From positions 17,050,110 through 17,114,109 of the forward strand of contig NC_134030.1 in the NCBI RefSeq assembly GCF_964204645.1: a stretch of 64,000 nucleotides of DNA, in the 5' to 3' direction. The translations under genes and the position numbers were made by a program. The notes under the pieces are model-generated. The model searched no databases. It was not told the origin of the DNA and saw nothing but the letters and a program-made list of their open reading frames with translations. Below are positions 10,101 through 19,494 of the stretch, in pieces (position 1 is the first letter of the stretch; each line of letters opens with the position of its first letter). This stretch comes from Tubulanus polymorphus. Taxonomy: Eukaryota > Animalia > Nemertea.

Positions 10101-12239
10101 ATTTTCAGATGTTTTAGCTAATAGTTTAAAATCATATTTTCTTACATTTGCTTCATTCATAGCATTATATTCTTCTATTTCTTGATTAATTGCGCCCAAT
10201 TTTCCCGATAATTGTTTTATAAATAGATGGGTATCATATCCTGATAAATTATGAAATAATATTGGTACGAAATTTACTTTTTTAGCTTGTAAATTGCAAT
10301 CTTCATGAGCAGCTCCACGATATTTTGAATTCAAATGATCATGATCTCTAACTTTTTTATCAAATGAATAAAAACGTTTTTCACAATAACAACAATGAGT
10401 TGCATAATTAAAATCAATTTCATCTTCTTTTGTCATAACTATTCTTTTATTTTTGTTTAATAATTTTGCAAAATCACTTTCTAATTCAATCATTTTGTCA
10501 CAAAAATCATTAACTACATTTTCACCTCTAAAAGAAATATATTGACTTTCATATAATTCAGGATAATTTGATTTTATATAAATTCCATAAGCAGCAGCTC
10601 TTTGATGAACTTTTTTAATTGTATTTATAATTGGTGGGTCTTGAATTGTGTCTTCATTTAATTCATTTCCTTTATCCATTGATTTTAATAATTGCTTTTT
10701 GTTATATATTTCTTTTCTATCTTGATCAGTTAATTCTTTATTCAACGATTCAAAATCCCCATAAATTACAAATGGAACAATATTTTTAAATTTATGATCA
10801 GTAAATTTCAATTTATAATCTTTTTCTGTTGGCATTATTAATTTACAAAAATCTTTATTATCACATAATTCTTTATGTTTTAGTAACGCATTCTCAGTTC
10901 TAAATTTAGATAAACATTTTCTACATAGATAAATTTTATGGCTGTTAAAATCACTTTCTGTTCTAAAGAATAAATCAATTTGTTTTAACCACATATGATG
11001 TTCATTTTCATCTTTTTTGTAATATAACAAATCTATAGCATTTTCATCATCATAATATTCTGTTAAATATAAAGCTTCCAATGTATAATCTTTAATATTT
11101 TCACCTTTTGTCTTTGGTAATTGCATTAATTCGAATACATTTATTTTTAACTTATTAATTTTTTCTATTTTGGGTATCATTTTTATAGTTACTGGATATT
11201 GATCAATTTTATATAATGTTTCATATTTCCGATAATCTGTTATTCTACAAACATTTTCCTGTGTTGGATGTAAGCAACTAATAATTGACCATAGAAAACA
11301 TTTATTATCTTCATTTTGAATATTTATTACTGCTTTTGTCGTAAATGGTAATTTAATATAAGATGATGCTTTAATATCCTTTTCTGTTGTAAAGTTTGAA
11401 TCATTTTTAAACATTGTTTTACTTTTTGATGTTTTATTTCTTTTTGTATTGTAAACATTTAAATCTAAATATATAATTTCATTCAATGTTAAGCCAGAAC
11501 CCTCAAAATATCTTTCTTCAATATGACGTTTAAATCCATTAAATATTTTTTCTAACTTCTCTTTTATTTGTGTTTTTGAAATTATTTCTTCAGAGTGTGT
11601 TTGAATATTATAATTCATTTTTTCTTCTGACTTTATAAAACTTACTTTCCCAGAGATACTAATTTTTGGATATTCAACATCTGTTATCAAATCTAGTATT
11701 TTTTCTACTATTTCATTAAATTTACTATAATCTTCTATTGTTGTACCTTTAAAGAATCTAAATATAATAGCCGCAGGACCAATTTTACTATGTAATGTTT
11801 CTAAAATTTCAATTGTATCTTTTATTTCTAGTGAATCAATATAATTTCTAACATTTTCCGTGTAAGGTTTATTTGAAATGGATTTAGTTTTTGAAGTTGG
11901 TTTTTTTACTTTTTGAGGTTTATCATCGAAATAATCTTTTCCTAAAACATTATTACTCAAATTTTGATGGTGTTTTTGTGATTCGAGATGTCTGTTATAA
12001 TTCCTTTTTACTATAAATTCATTACAAACTTCACATTTTATTATATCCACATTCATATTTTCTAATCGTTCTTTTCTTTCATTGGAATTTTCTGGAGTTT
12101 CAAAATCTATTACATTTTTTATATGATTTGAAGACTTTTCATGACGCGATTTTTGAGATTTATCAATGTATTTTTTACAATATGGACAATGATATTGATT
12201 TTCATTAACATCAATTTGTTCTGTCTTATTCTCTTCCAT
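7179..12239 (-). CDS. polB: Protein-primed family B DNA polymerase (pPolB) precursor with intein; about 1331 aa after splicing
   Basis: ExoI VIYGDFES, ExoII FHNLSGYD, ExoIII YLKSDV, motif A YIDANNLYGWAM, motif B KLMNNSFYGK, motif C YFD|TDS split by the intein, and C-terminal GKFKDE/SKMY/KGI/FDDKR typical of Polinton pPolB. Confidence 0.96.
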   Translation of the reverse strand: MEENKTEQIDVNENQYHCPYCKKYIDKSQKSRHEKSSNHIKNVIDFETPENSNERKERLENMNVDIIKCEVCNEFIVKRNYNRHLESQKHHQNLSNNVLGKDYFDDKPQKVKKPTSKTKSISNKPYTENVRNYIDSLEIKDTIEILETLHSKIGPAAIIFRFFKGTTIEDYSKFNEIVEKILDLITDVEYPKISISGKVSFIKSEEKMNYNIQTHSEEIISKTQIKEKLEKIFNGFKRHIEERYFEGSGLTLNEIIYLDLNVYNTKRNKTSKSKTMFKNDSNFTTEKDIKASSYIKLPFTTKAVINIQNEDNKCFLWSIISCLHPTQENVCRITDYRKYETLYKIDQYPVTIKMIPKIEKINKLKINVFELMQLPKTKGENIKDYTLEALYLTEYYDDENAIDLLYYKKDENEHHMWLKQIDLFFRTESDFNSHKIYLCRKCLSKFRTENALLKHKELCDNKDFCKLIMPTEKDYKLKFTDHKFKNIVPFVIYGDFESLNKELTDQDRKEIYNKKQLLKSMDKGNELNEDTIQDPPIINTIKKVHQRAAAYGIYIKSNYPELYESQYISFRGENVVNDFCDKMIELESDFAKLLNKNKRIVMTKEDEIDFNYATHCCYCEKRFYSFDKKVRDHDHLNSKYRGAAHEDCNLQAKKVNFVPILFHNLSGYDTHLFIKQLSGKLGAINQEIEEYNAMNEANVRKYDFKLLAKTSENYISFQFGCIRFLDSYRFLASSLDNLSKSLVDNDFVITRYYYPNEQDFKLLRYKGAIPYSFYKTHDDFNVTELLKDQFYDQLKEEYVKDEVFNRTLNIWNHFKMKNHGELVDLYLKSDVMILADIFEKFREVNLNHFNVDPCYCYSSPRLTRQCGFKYTNVELDLLKEPDMVLLFEKSIRGGISGVMGDRYFKANDEYKLLYIDANNLYGWAMMQPQPYKNFILTEVENDNKTDWESAIASLKDEAPIGYFFVVDLEYPENIKFKTRNLPYCPEHLTVDDSYLSEYQKKIKPKDHVFTEKLILTQNNKYNYIVHYRMLKFYLKQGMKLKKVHRYIEFNQSKWLEKYIDFNTQQRTISKTDFEKDFFKLMNNSFYGKTCENIRNRNDIELVNNSERLRHLQSSPRHLGNKRFEDYLTAVKLKRTLMKFNKPIFIGSTVLEVSKLLMYDFYYNVLQPLFGEKHIEILYFDSVTADTPILLKCNDKILIRRISEIIPKQNECYISYGEKELIQINGLMDVWTRNGWKKLKNIIRHKTNKKIYRVRTKLGFVDVTEDHNLIKRNGDEIKPTGIKIGDELLHKRFFQRMNHMSFDEIIDNIYNIEPETLEEKEYFIKGFFLGDGSAGVYNYVWGKKYCWYLCNQDLKLLERIKKFCEEVYSHKTFKIIDVMKSSQCYRIHVNNPKDFAIKYNDEFYIHAIVKSNTSTKEKIVPDYVLNAKNNLRKWFFIGFYAADGTKKFTKDKKITFAQKGKVAISGLNILCSSLGFNMNIELIKSKPNCFNLRHVEKELTEEVKDLFEIYNPTDYVYDLSTDDGTFNSGFPLIQKNTDSYILKIKTNDITKDLKTLKHHFDFSNYPKDHELFSNDNKKIPGKFKDELGGDEMIEFVGIRSKMYSYRTKDHEAKKLKGITKHVVVEFIEFQDYIKCLYKSIVMKHKMNCLRSEDHEMYINEVEKTSLNPFDDKRHILDDGIKTLPYGH
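7635..8699 (-). mobile_element. Intein (355 aa) with LAGLIDADG homing endonuclease, inserted at the PolB motif C (pol-c) site
   Basis: Starts Ser (YFD/SVTADTP), block B VDVTEDH, LAGLIDADG motifs FIKGFFLGDGS and FFIGFYAADGT, block F YVYDLST, ends KN followed by +1 Thr (TDS). Removal restores YFDTDS. Confidence 0.95.
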
Positions 12240-12262
12240 TTATAAGGAAAAAAAATTACTTG
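12240..12262 (-). promoter_or_regulatory. Representative copy of the shared viral upstream motif TAATTTTTT-N(3-7)-ATAAATG
   Basis: Minus strand reads agtaatttttttttccttataaATG before polB. Near-identical context precedes the ATGs at 1456, 2946, 3976, 4418, 5022 and 5797. Confidence 0.7.
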
Positions 12263-12561
12263 TGGTGATGAGTGGGGATTACTTCCCCCTGTATATAACA
12301 AGCGCGCTATTAACCGTTCTCACCCAAGCCTCACAGCATCTATTTATCCGGGTACAGTTGACACGCAATCACTGTACTACTACAGTAATAGCACAGTACA
12401 GAGACTCACTGTATCGATCTATCCACGCGCAGTTGTTGTTACGCGCACTCACTGTATATGTGTGTCACAGAGCAATCGTCCGTTCTCACTAGAGCCTAGC
12501 TGTGATGAGTGGTGTCTCGACCTCTCGACCTCTGATCTGAAAACGCCATCTTCTAATTACT
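12263..12561. repeat. Probable Polinton terminal inverted repeat (partner copy outside the window)
   Basis: Non-coding and more GC-rich than the element body, with short internal repeats (actcactgtat x2, ctcgacct x2). Ends ...ttctaattact at 12561. Confidence 0.55.
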
Positions 12562-12859
12562 TTCGGCTAGTGACCTCTTCATGGCCAAAAATTATACAGA
12601 ACAGAAAGTAGTTACTTCCGAAAGATTTTTCTCTGGAATCGTGCCGGAAATTTCCGGAGGATTTTTTTCCGAAGTATTTCTGGCCGGAGGTCAGATTTCA
12701 GGAGGATTCTTTTCTGGAAGATATCTGGCTGGGGTGATGGGGTGGGCAGAATCCCGGAGGATGTCTTTCCGGAAATTTCCGGATGGTTAGTTGTTAGAAG
12801 TGTTAGGGTTTAGGGGTTAGGGTTTCGATTATAAGGTTTTAAATGCGTTAGGTTTTAGA

Positions 12860-15800
12860 GCATTATGAGAATGCCGGTTTGCTAGCGTATCTATTTAACA
12901 CCCGTATTGCTCGGGTTAGTTTTACTATCAACGGGTGGCGCTGTATGTAAATTTCACATAAATCAAAGACTTTCGGCTATTTCCACTTGAAAACATCATA
13001 GTCATACGGTTGTAGTGAACATAAAAAGATACAGTACAAAGATACAGTACGGTGTACGGACATGATTCCATAGGACCCATACCAGAGACATTTTGTTCAG
13101 ACAAGGACTATATAGTTAAACACTAATCTTCATTTTCAGCAATTAACGATCTGGTGAATTAATTAGTGATTCGGTCTTTCGGTGGTTCGAGATAAAATGC
13201 CCGCAAAATAAGAACCTAACGAACCAGGGCTGACCACAAATTGCCCAACAGATAAATTTTCGAAACGACACAATCCAATCATGTTTGGTATCAAATGTGG
13301 CGTGGACCATGGTCTTTTAACTGACCAATGCATGACCAGTACTGACCATATAGTAAATTATTTGTTTGCAAACAATTAAGTTGTTTGGTGTCAAATAACT
13401 AGATATGATGTGGGCATTAATCTAAAAATTGTTTAACTGACCAATGCTTGACTAGTACAGACCAGTTACCAGTGCTAACCAGAACTCCCCATAAGTAATT
13501 TATATGTTTAGTGAATCCTTCGTTAGTACTACTAGCTCTTACATTTAAATTTGTCGCTTGAAAAAGTCTTGTCCGATTTTTGTTGTAGGTAGCGAGCTAA
13601 CTTTGAAATTCCGCTAAAATGCATACGATTTTTACGTAGGGTTTTGAACGAACAACGTTTCCATTTGTAATTGTAACGTGCGCATTTGAGCCTGTAACGT
13701 GCACATTTCACTCGCGTGAACGTGCGTATCGGTACCAACGTGCGAGACTTGTCAAACTTTTACGATCAAGACTTTTAAACTGAACAAAGAAGATGTCATA
13801 TCATATTATATATACATGAATAGATGGAATGATAATGTAGTAGTTTTAAATGTTTCGTAGCTGCTGTCCACTGACCACAGATAAAAGCTAATTGCCTGAT
13901 ATGAAATATATTTTTGTTATAGAGATGTAGTAGATCAGTGAGAATTCAAACTTATGGTTAATTTTGAGTGATCACAACGCTAACCAATAGAGAAAGATGT
14001 AAGGCCTAAGAAAAGATGCATTAAGTATAACATATCTTTCAATATAATGATGAAGTATTCAACTGGCCATCACAACAATAGTTTGACTTATCTTAATGAA
14101 AAATACTGGAGTGTTAATGGGAAAACCTTGAATTCGAAACAATTCCACATTCAATTGTTTACTTTGAAAACACAATTTGCATTTTGTGGACATGTATTTT
14201 TTTCTGCACCAAAAGCATGAAGTATATTATCTTTGCTTGTAAAAATTTGAAATTTTGGGGAAGATTTTTGGCCTCGTTAACCTGTGATCACGTCCTTCAT
14301 ATATTTTCTAAGACCGACCCTTGAAATAATGCTGAGAGTTTCGAGGATAATTTTGGTAGGATGTAAACTTAGGCTGCTTCGTATCCGTGGAGGGTTGCTA
14401 ATTATTGATTCTATACACAATAATCATAAGTACCATGAGATTCGATAGAATATCGTTTTTCAATCATACGTACACGAATTATCGCGATATAAAGATAAAT
14501 AATATGTTCATATACTTTTTACGTCTTAAACTGTATATTTCTTCAGTAGTATAAATAAAGAGTGGATCAGCAGGCCACCTGAGACCATTCCACGATCTAA
14601 GGTCAGTTGCCAAAAGTTAGTAAGTTTACCAGTGGATAGTTAACATTTATAATGACAATTAAATTTTCATTGCTAAAATAACTTTGTACTTGTTGACTCA
14701 AAAGCAGAGAATTGAAAAAACGATAATACGATACGAAAACTCAGTGTACAAATTCAAAAAGATTATCTCTAGTGAGAGATCGAACGTTGTGTCGTAATTT
14801 TCTAATGATAAAACATGGTTTGAAATTTGAAATGTGTACATAGTTGATCTCTTTCAGTGTATTTAGTCATGTATCATATTGGATGATGGTTAATTTAAAC
14901 TATCTTTTGAGAAACGGGTCCCAGAGCTGTATCCTTTACTCCTGTAATAGAGGATGCAATCTATTTGCGACAAACAGCTAGTGCAAATAGCTAGAAAAGG
15001 TAACAATAGTGCATTGGCAAACTTAGAGCAAGCGTACATTGGTTGTTTAGGTTTTTCGAAGGGGTGAATTTGTGGGAAAATTAATCATTACTGAGATATA
15101 TCCGTGGCGAGCTTTTCCAGGGATTTAAAAAGTTGAGCTGTACACAAGGAATTTTGTGTAGTCCAATATCTGTGATTACCTCTGGCGTGGAGAGACACAA
15201 TCTAAAACCAACCCTAGAGTCAAATATTTTACCACAATTTTTTATGATCAATAAAAAGATTGAGTAATAGACATTCAAACAGTATTATCTAAATTCCACT
15301 CCATTTTAAACTCATTCATCTCTACACAAACTCCAACTTGTTGAACAGTCCACTTTAAAATTAGGGACCACTATTCTTGCTCATCTACACTGGCTACCAA
15401 TCTAACAAAGGATTAAATTTGAGTGTTTGATGTTATAACAATACCAGACTGAATTATGGATTCGGTTTCTACTTTTTAATTGAACATTTATATCACATAT
15501 TGGGCATCATTTTTACCAGTATATATGGAATAACCTATCCATATATCATGTTCAATTTTATATAATCTGACTTTTGAGATGTCATTCAATCAATGCATTC
15601 ACATGCGGTCGTCGCTTTCAATAGCCACCACGGACTGGCTCCTTATTATTTCTTTGGCGATACCATTGGCGGACGATCCCACACGTTTCTTGCTCCAGCC
15701 CTAGAATGCTCAATATTCGTCATGAACCCCGATTTGAATTTAAATTCAAAATACTCCCAAAACACGCCTGTTAACTAGATTACTCTAAAACACCTTTATG

Positions 15801-18714
15801 TGCAAGAATCAGTGAAATTGGCGCTTTATCAGTTGTATTCATCATTCGTACCCACGAATCTCGTGTCGTATCCTATGAATGTGGAGACCCATCCTCGTAA
15901 AGAGAATGAATAGGCTCTGTTGCGTTCATATCATTTGATATGAGGCTACGTGTCATCTTCAATTGAAATCACGTTGTTTTTTTAAAGGGTGGGCGAGAAT
16001 ATATTCTTATGTTTTTGTTTCTCTGAATGTTGCTATTTAAGAGTTCAATAATTTCAATCTACCAAACAAAGGATTCTCGGTATGTTTCGTGACATGTTTT
16101 TCCATAACCCTAGGAGAGCATTTTAGGTATTTTTTTGCGGATGACCGAAAGCTGCTGTCCCTTTCTAGCAATTTGATGATATCCTTCGAAATCTAAATTC
16201 TAAAAAGGAATCAGGCATATCTTCTTGTTTGACTAAATATGAACTCAACAACAAGTGACACTCCCTTCAAAGGCGCCAAAGTAAAATCATGTGTCGAGTG
16301 GAGATGATATTGTGTCAGAATTTCTTCAAAATCGGAGAAAATTGAATATTTTGAAAATAATCAATTTTACATGTATGTTTAAATCCGTTATAACTGGAGC
16401 AATTTTCATGAAAAAATATCTATGGAATCAGCGAAATGTAATTAAGAAGAATACTATGTTTAAAAAGTTATCAAAGACATTTGAAAAAAGTTTTCTGAAT
16501 TCGTCAACTGTTGAACTAGTAACAACCAGATGTGTTCCCATTTAACCACCGACCGCGAGCCGAGTCGATGTGAGATGTGCCCTACACTGAAAATCTCAAG
16601 TGCTATACAACCGGTTTTTTAGGTGCCTCTGAATGTCGGCCGTTAAAAAACTGAACAATTCCCATTTAGAAAGGGCCTACGTAGTTAGAGAAAATTCAAG
16701 ATGTATATATCGTGTGATACAGGCTCCATATTTCATGTGCGTTTGGAATTTAACCTTGTTTATAACGAAACACGCATGTATGTATGCTATTTTAGATTTA
16801 AAAAGAGCGCACGAAAGTGTTTCATGAGACCCGCAAATAACGTCAAGTTATTCATGCATTTTTGATTTATAGGAATAAATTTCGCTTCGAAATCTTTAAA
16901 TTTCTCAGGTGGATTATTCAATAAATTCACAACAGTCCATTATGGATTAGTTTGACGCCAATCGCTCTTTTAAAGATCTTTCTTTCTCGAAGAACGATTT
17001 TCTTAAAAACTTTGATTATGGCGAATCTTGTTTCCGATAGTTAAACTTTCGGGTATTACACTAGAACACAAATTTTTAAAGATATTCATAACATACTGAA
17101 GGATATCACAGTTTATTCCCGAAGATATGCAGTTAGATAGATCTTTTTGTTTCGACTCGCATGCGACAGTAAAAACGGTACTTGATATAATAAGTGAACT
17201 TCATCATTGATATTTTCACTAATCTACTTGAATTCCAAAAAAGAACTGACAATGAAAAAGGGTTACAGCTGTGACTTATATCACTCCAAATTTCAATTCC
17301 TATGAACACTTTTCATATAAAGAAAACTATTAACGAAACAGTTTTTAAAGGCGAAGAATCCGCGTTACCATCGAATTTTCAAAACTTGAAGGAATGGTTA
17401 ATGCCTCGGTGACCACTGGTCTAGTACGCGGTTTTCTGCAATGAAAGTGGCCAAGTCTAAAGAACAACTATTGTATCACATGATTTCAAATATTAGGAAC
17501 CCAATGCGTGTAATGATTTAATTAATTGGTATCGCGCAGATTGGTTGAAAGACGGGTGTTAGTCACCTTGTGATTTAATTGTTTTTCATGCATCGATTAA
17601 TTAATCTTATTATAACTTATTTGTAGGCGCTTCCCGCAAACATTTTCTATTCGTTGAGTTTTCAAACGCAGTACTGTTCAGATGATTCGAGTCAAGTAGT
17701 AAAAAAGTTTATGTATTAGCATTACTATGCAGTGAAAAAAACGCACTGCGCAAAGTGAGGTGCTGTGATCCAGATGTGTAACCCATTTATGGGTAATAAA
17801 TTTCCATCATGTCAACGCCATTCAAAAACAGTAGCAAAACTTTCTGCTGGTTTCTTGAAATAGCAATACGACGACAAGCACTTTCGAATTCGACCACGAT
17901 ATTTGAGAAGTTTCACTTGGGCAGTGGTGGTCAGTGATGGTCAATTTATGAATTTCAATGGCGAATCCTTTCTAGTTTCACATCTAATGCGGTACCGGTA
18001 TATCGTTCTTTCAAGAAGTTTCAATTGGTCAGTGGTGGTCAGTGATGGTCAATTTATAAATTTTCAATGGCGAATCCTTTCTAGTTTGACACCATAACGC
18101 GGTATATCATTTTCATATTCGAGAAGTTTGAATTGGTCATTGGTGGTCAGTGATGGTCAGTGATGAATTTGCAATGATGATTCCTTAGTAGTTTGAAAAC
18201 AAACATTACATGATAAATTTCCGAAATTCGAAGTCAAGTGTTCAGACTCGGGGATATCTCAATTGGTCAGTTACTGACCATCATGGTGTCACCATTGTGG
18301 TCTATAGCTCAAATGAAACATGTGGAACCGACGAAGGGGCCCAAAAGCGTTAAGTCATTTCCTGGAGTGACGTGATCCAAAAATTCCCTAACTGGAAAAG
18401 GCAGTCTCTCAATTGGATGAAACCAAATCGGACAGGACAATTAAAATTTGGGATGGTCACAGGTAGTGGTCTCTCTACGAAGCCCACGCGGTGAGCGTAT
18501 TATTATGAAATCTTTTTTTAAACCACCATGTACCACAAAGTAATCAGCATCGTTGTAAGCACTTGAAACAGCCATTAACCACTTGAAACTGTCAGATCAA
18601 ACATCATACCGCATCCCCGCAAAGAGGGGTGGTTCAGCAAACCGGAGTTTTCATTGGCCTCTCTAGACTACCCCGCCAGTACGGGTAGCCGAGCAAACCG
18701 GAAAACTCATAATG
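12860..18714. mobile_element. About 5.85-kb non-autonomous or decayed DNA element with imperfect TIRs
   Basis: Left end cattatgagaatgccggtttgct..acccgtattg; reverse complement of the right end cattatgagttttccggtttgct..acccgtactg. Subterminal ctgacca motifs (13230-13480) are mirrored by tggtcag motifs (17920-18280). No recognisable ORF or TSD. Confidence 0.55.
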
Positions 18715-19494
18715 GGGTTGGGGTTTGATGCGTTTAGGGTTTCGATGGTAGGGTTTCGGGCTTAGGGTGCAGAGGGTAAGGGTTTTGATGGTTTATAGGT
18801 TTCTAGATGTTCTGCCGGATTTTCCGGAAAGAAATCTTACGGAATTCGCTGCCTACTACAACCCCTCCTCGCATTAGATATAATGCCGGAATTATTCCAG
18901 AATTTTCCGGAAGGTTTGTGACGCAATAAATCGATATAAATTGCTTGTGCAGACCGATTTCAAAAATAAGCGCCTCACGTTCGGACACAATCCAGAACTT
19001 GAATTTGAACTTGAACTTTTATTTTATTGCTCCGAATAAGTACAAATAGGCCTAATATAGAGGAGATAGGCCTACTATGCAATGAAATATTAAGAACAAT
19101 ACAGGACGGTGCATAAAACGAACATACAAACATTATCTAACAGAATAACAAAGAACGGTTACATTATGAGATGTGTCAACTCTAATTTCAAAGCGGCTTC
19201 CCTTGGATTTGAAGACTAAGAGATTTTTTACTGTTCCGCATACGATTAACGAGATAACAATCCGAGGCGGACATTAAAAAAACGAATTTATCAGTATTTG
19301 CTAAAGTAGAAAATTATTTGCAATATGCTGACGACTTAGCCTAGTTATTATCAACAAGTCGCCTTCTGGTCTTCAGAGCCCTCGACCATAGTCCGGCGTC
19401 TTCGATCAATAAAACGAATTGGATTTCATTATGCCAGCCGACCCGTGGCGTATAGGATCGAATAGCGAGCTGCACTACACGTGAAGTTGAATTA

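Larger units (their letters stand above)
1..12561 (-). mobile_element. Polinton/Maverick (adintovirus-like) endogenous DNA virus, one end only; continues beyond the window start
   Basis: Intronless, very AT-rich, gene-dense block with pPolB, MCP, penton-like and integrase genes. On the minus strand it begins AGTAATTAGAAG at 12561, matching the AG-initiated Polinton terminus. Confidence 0.92.

Noticed and set aside
1-12561. Bacterial or free-virus contamination, or a prokaryotic operon
   Set aside because: Polinton-type gene set with a plausible terminus contiguous with spliced animal sequence. Junction-spanning reads would still be worth checking.
12800-12860. True telomere or interstitial telomeric array
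   Set aside because: Only a few degenerate TTAGGG-like units embedded in a repeat element.
13500-18990. Short ORFs inside the TIR element as genes
   Set aside because: All are 85 aa or shorter, mostly with non-ATG starts and no recognisable domains.
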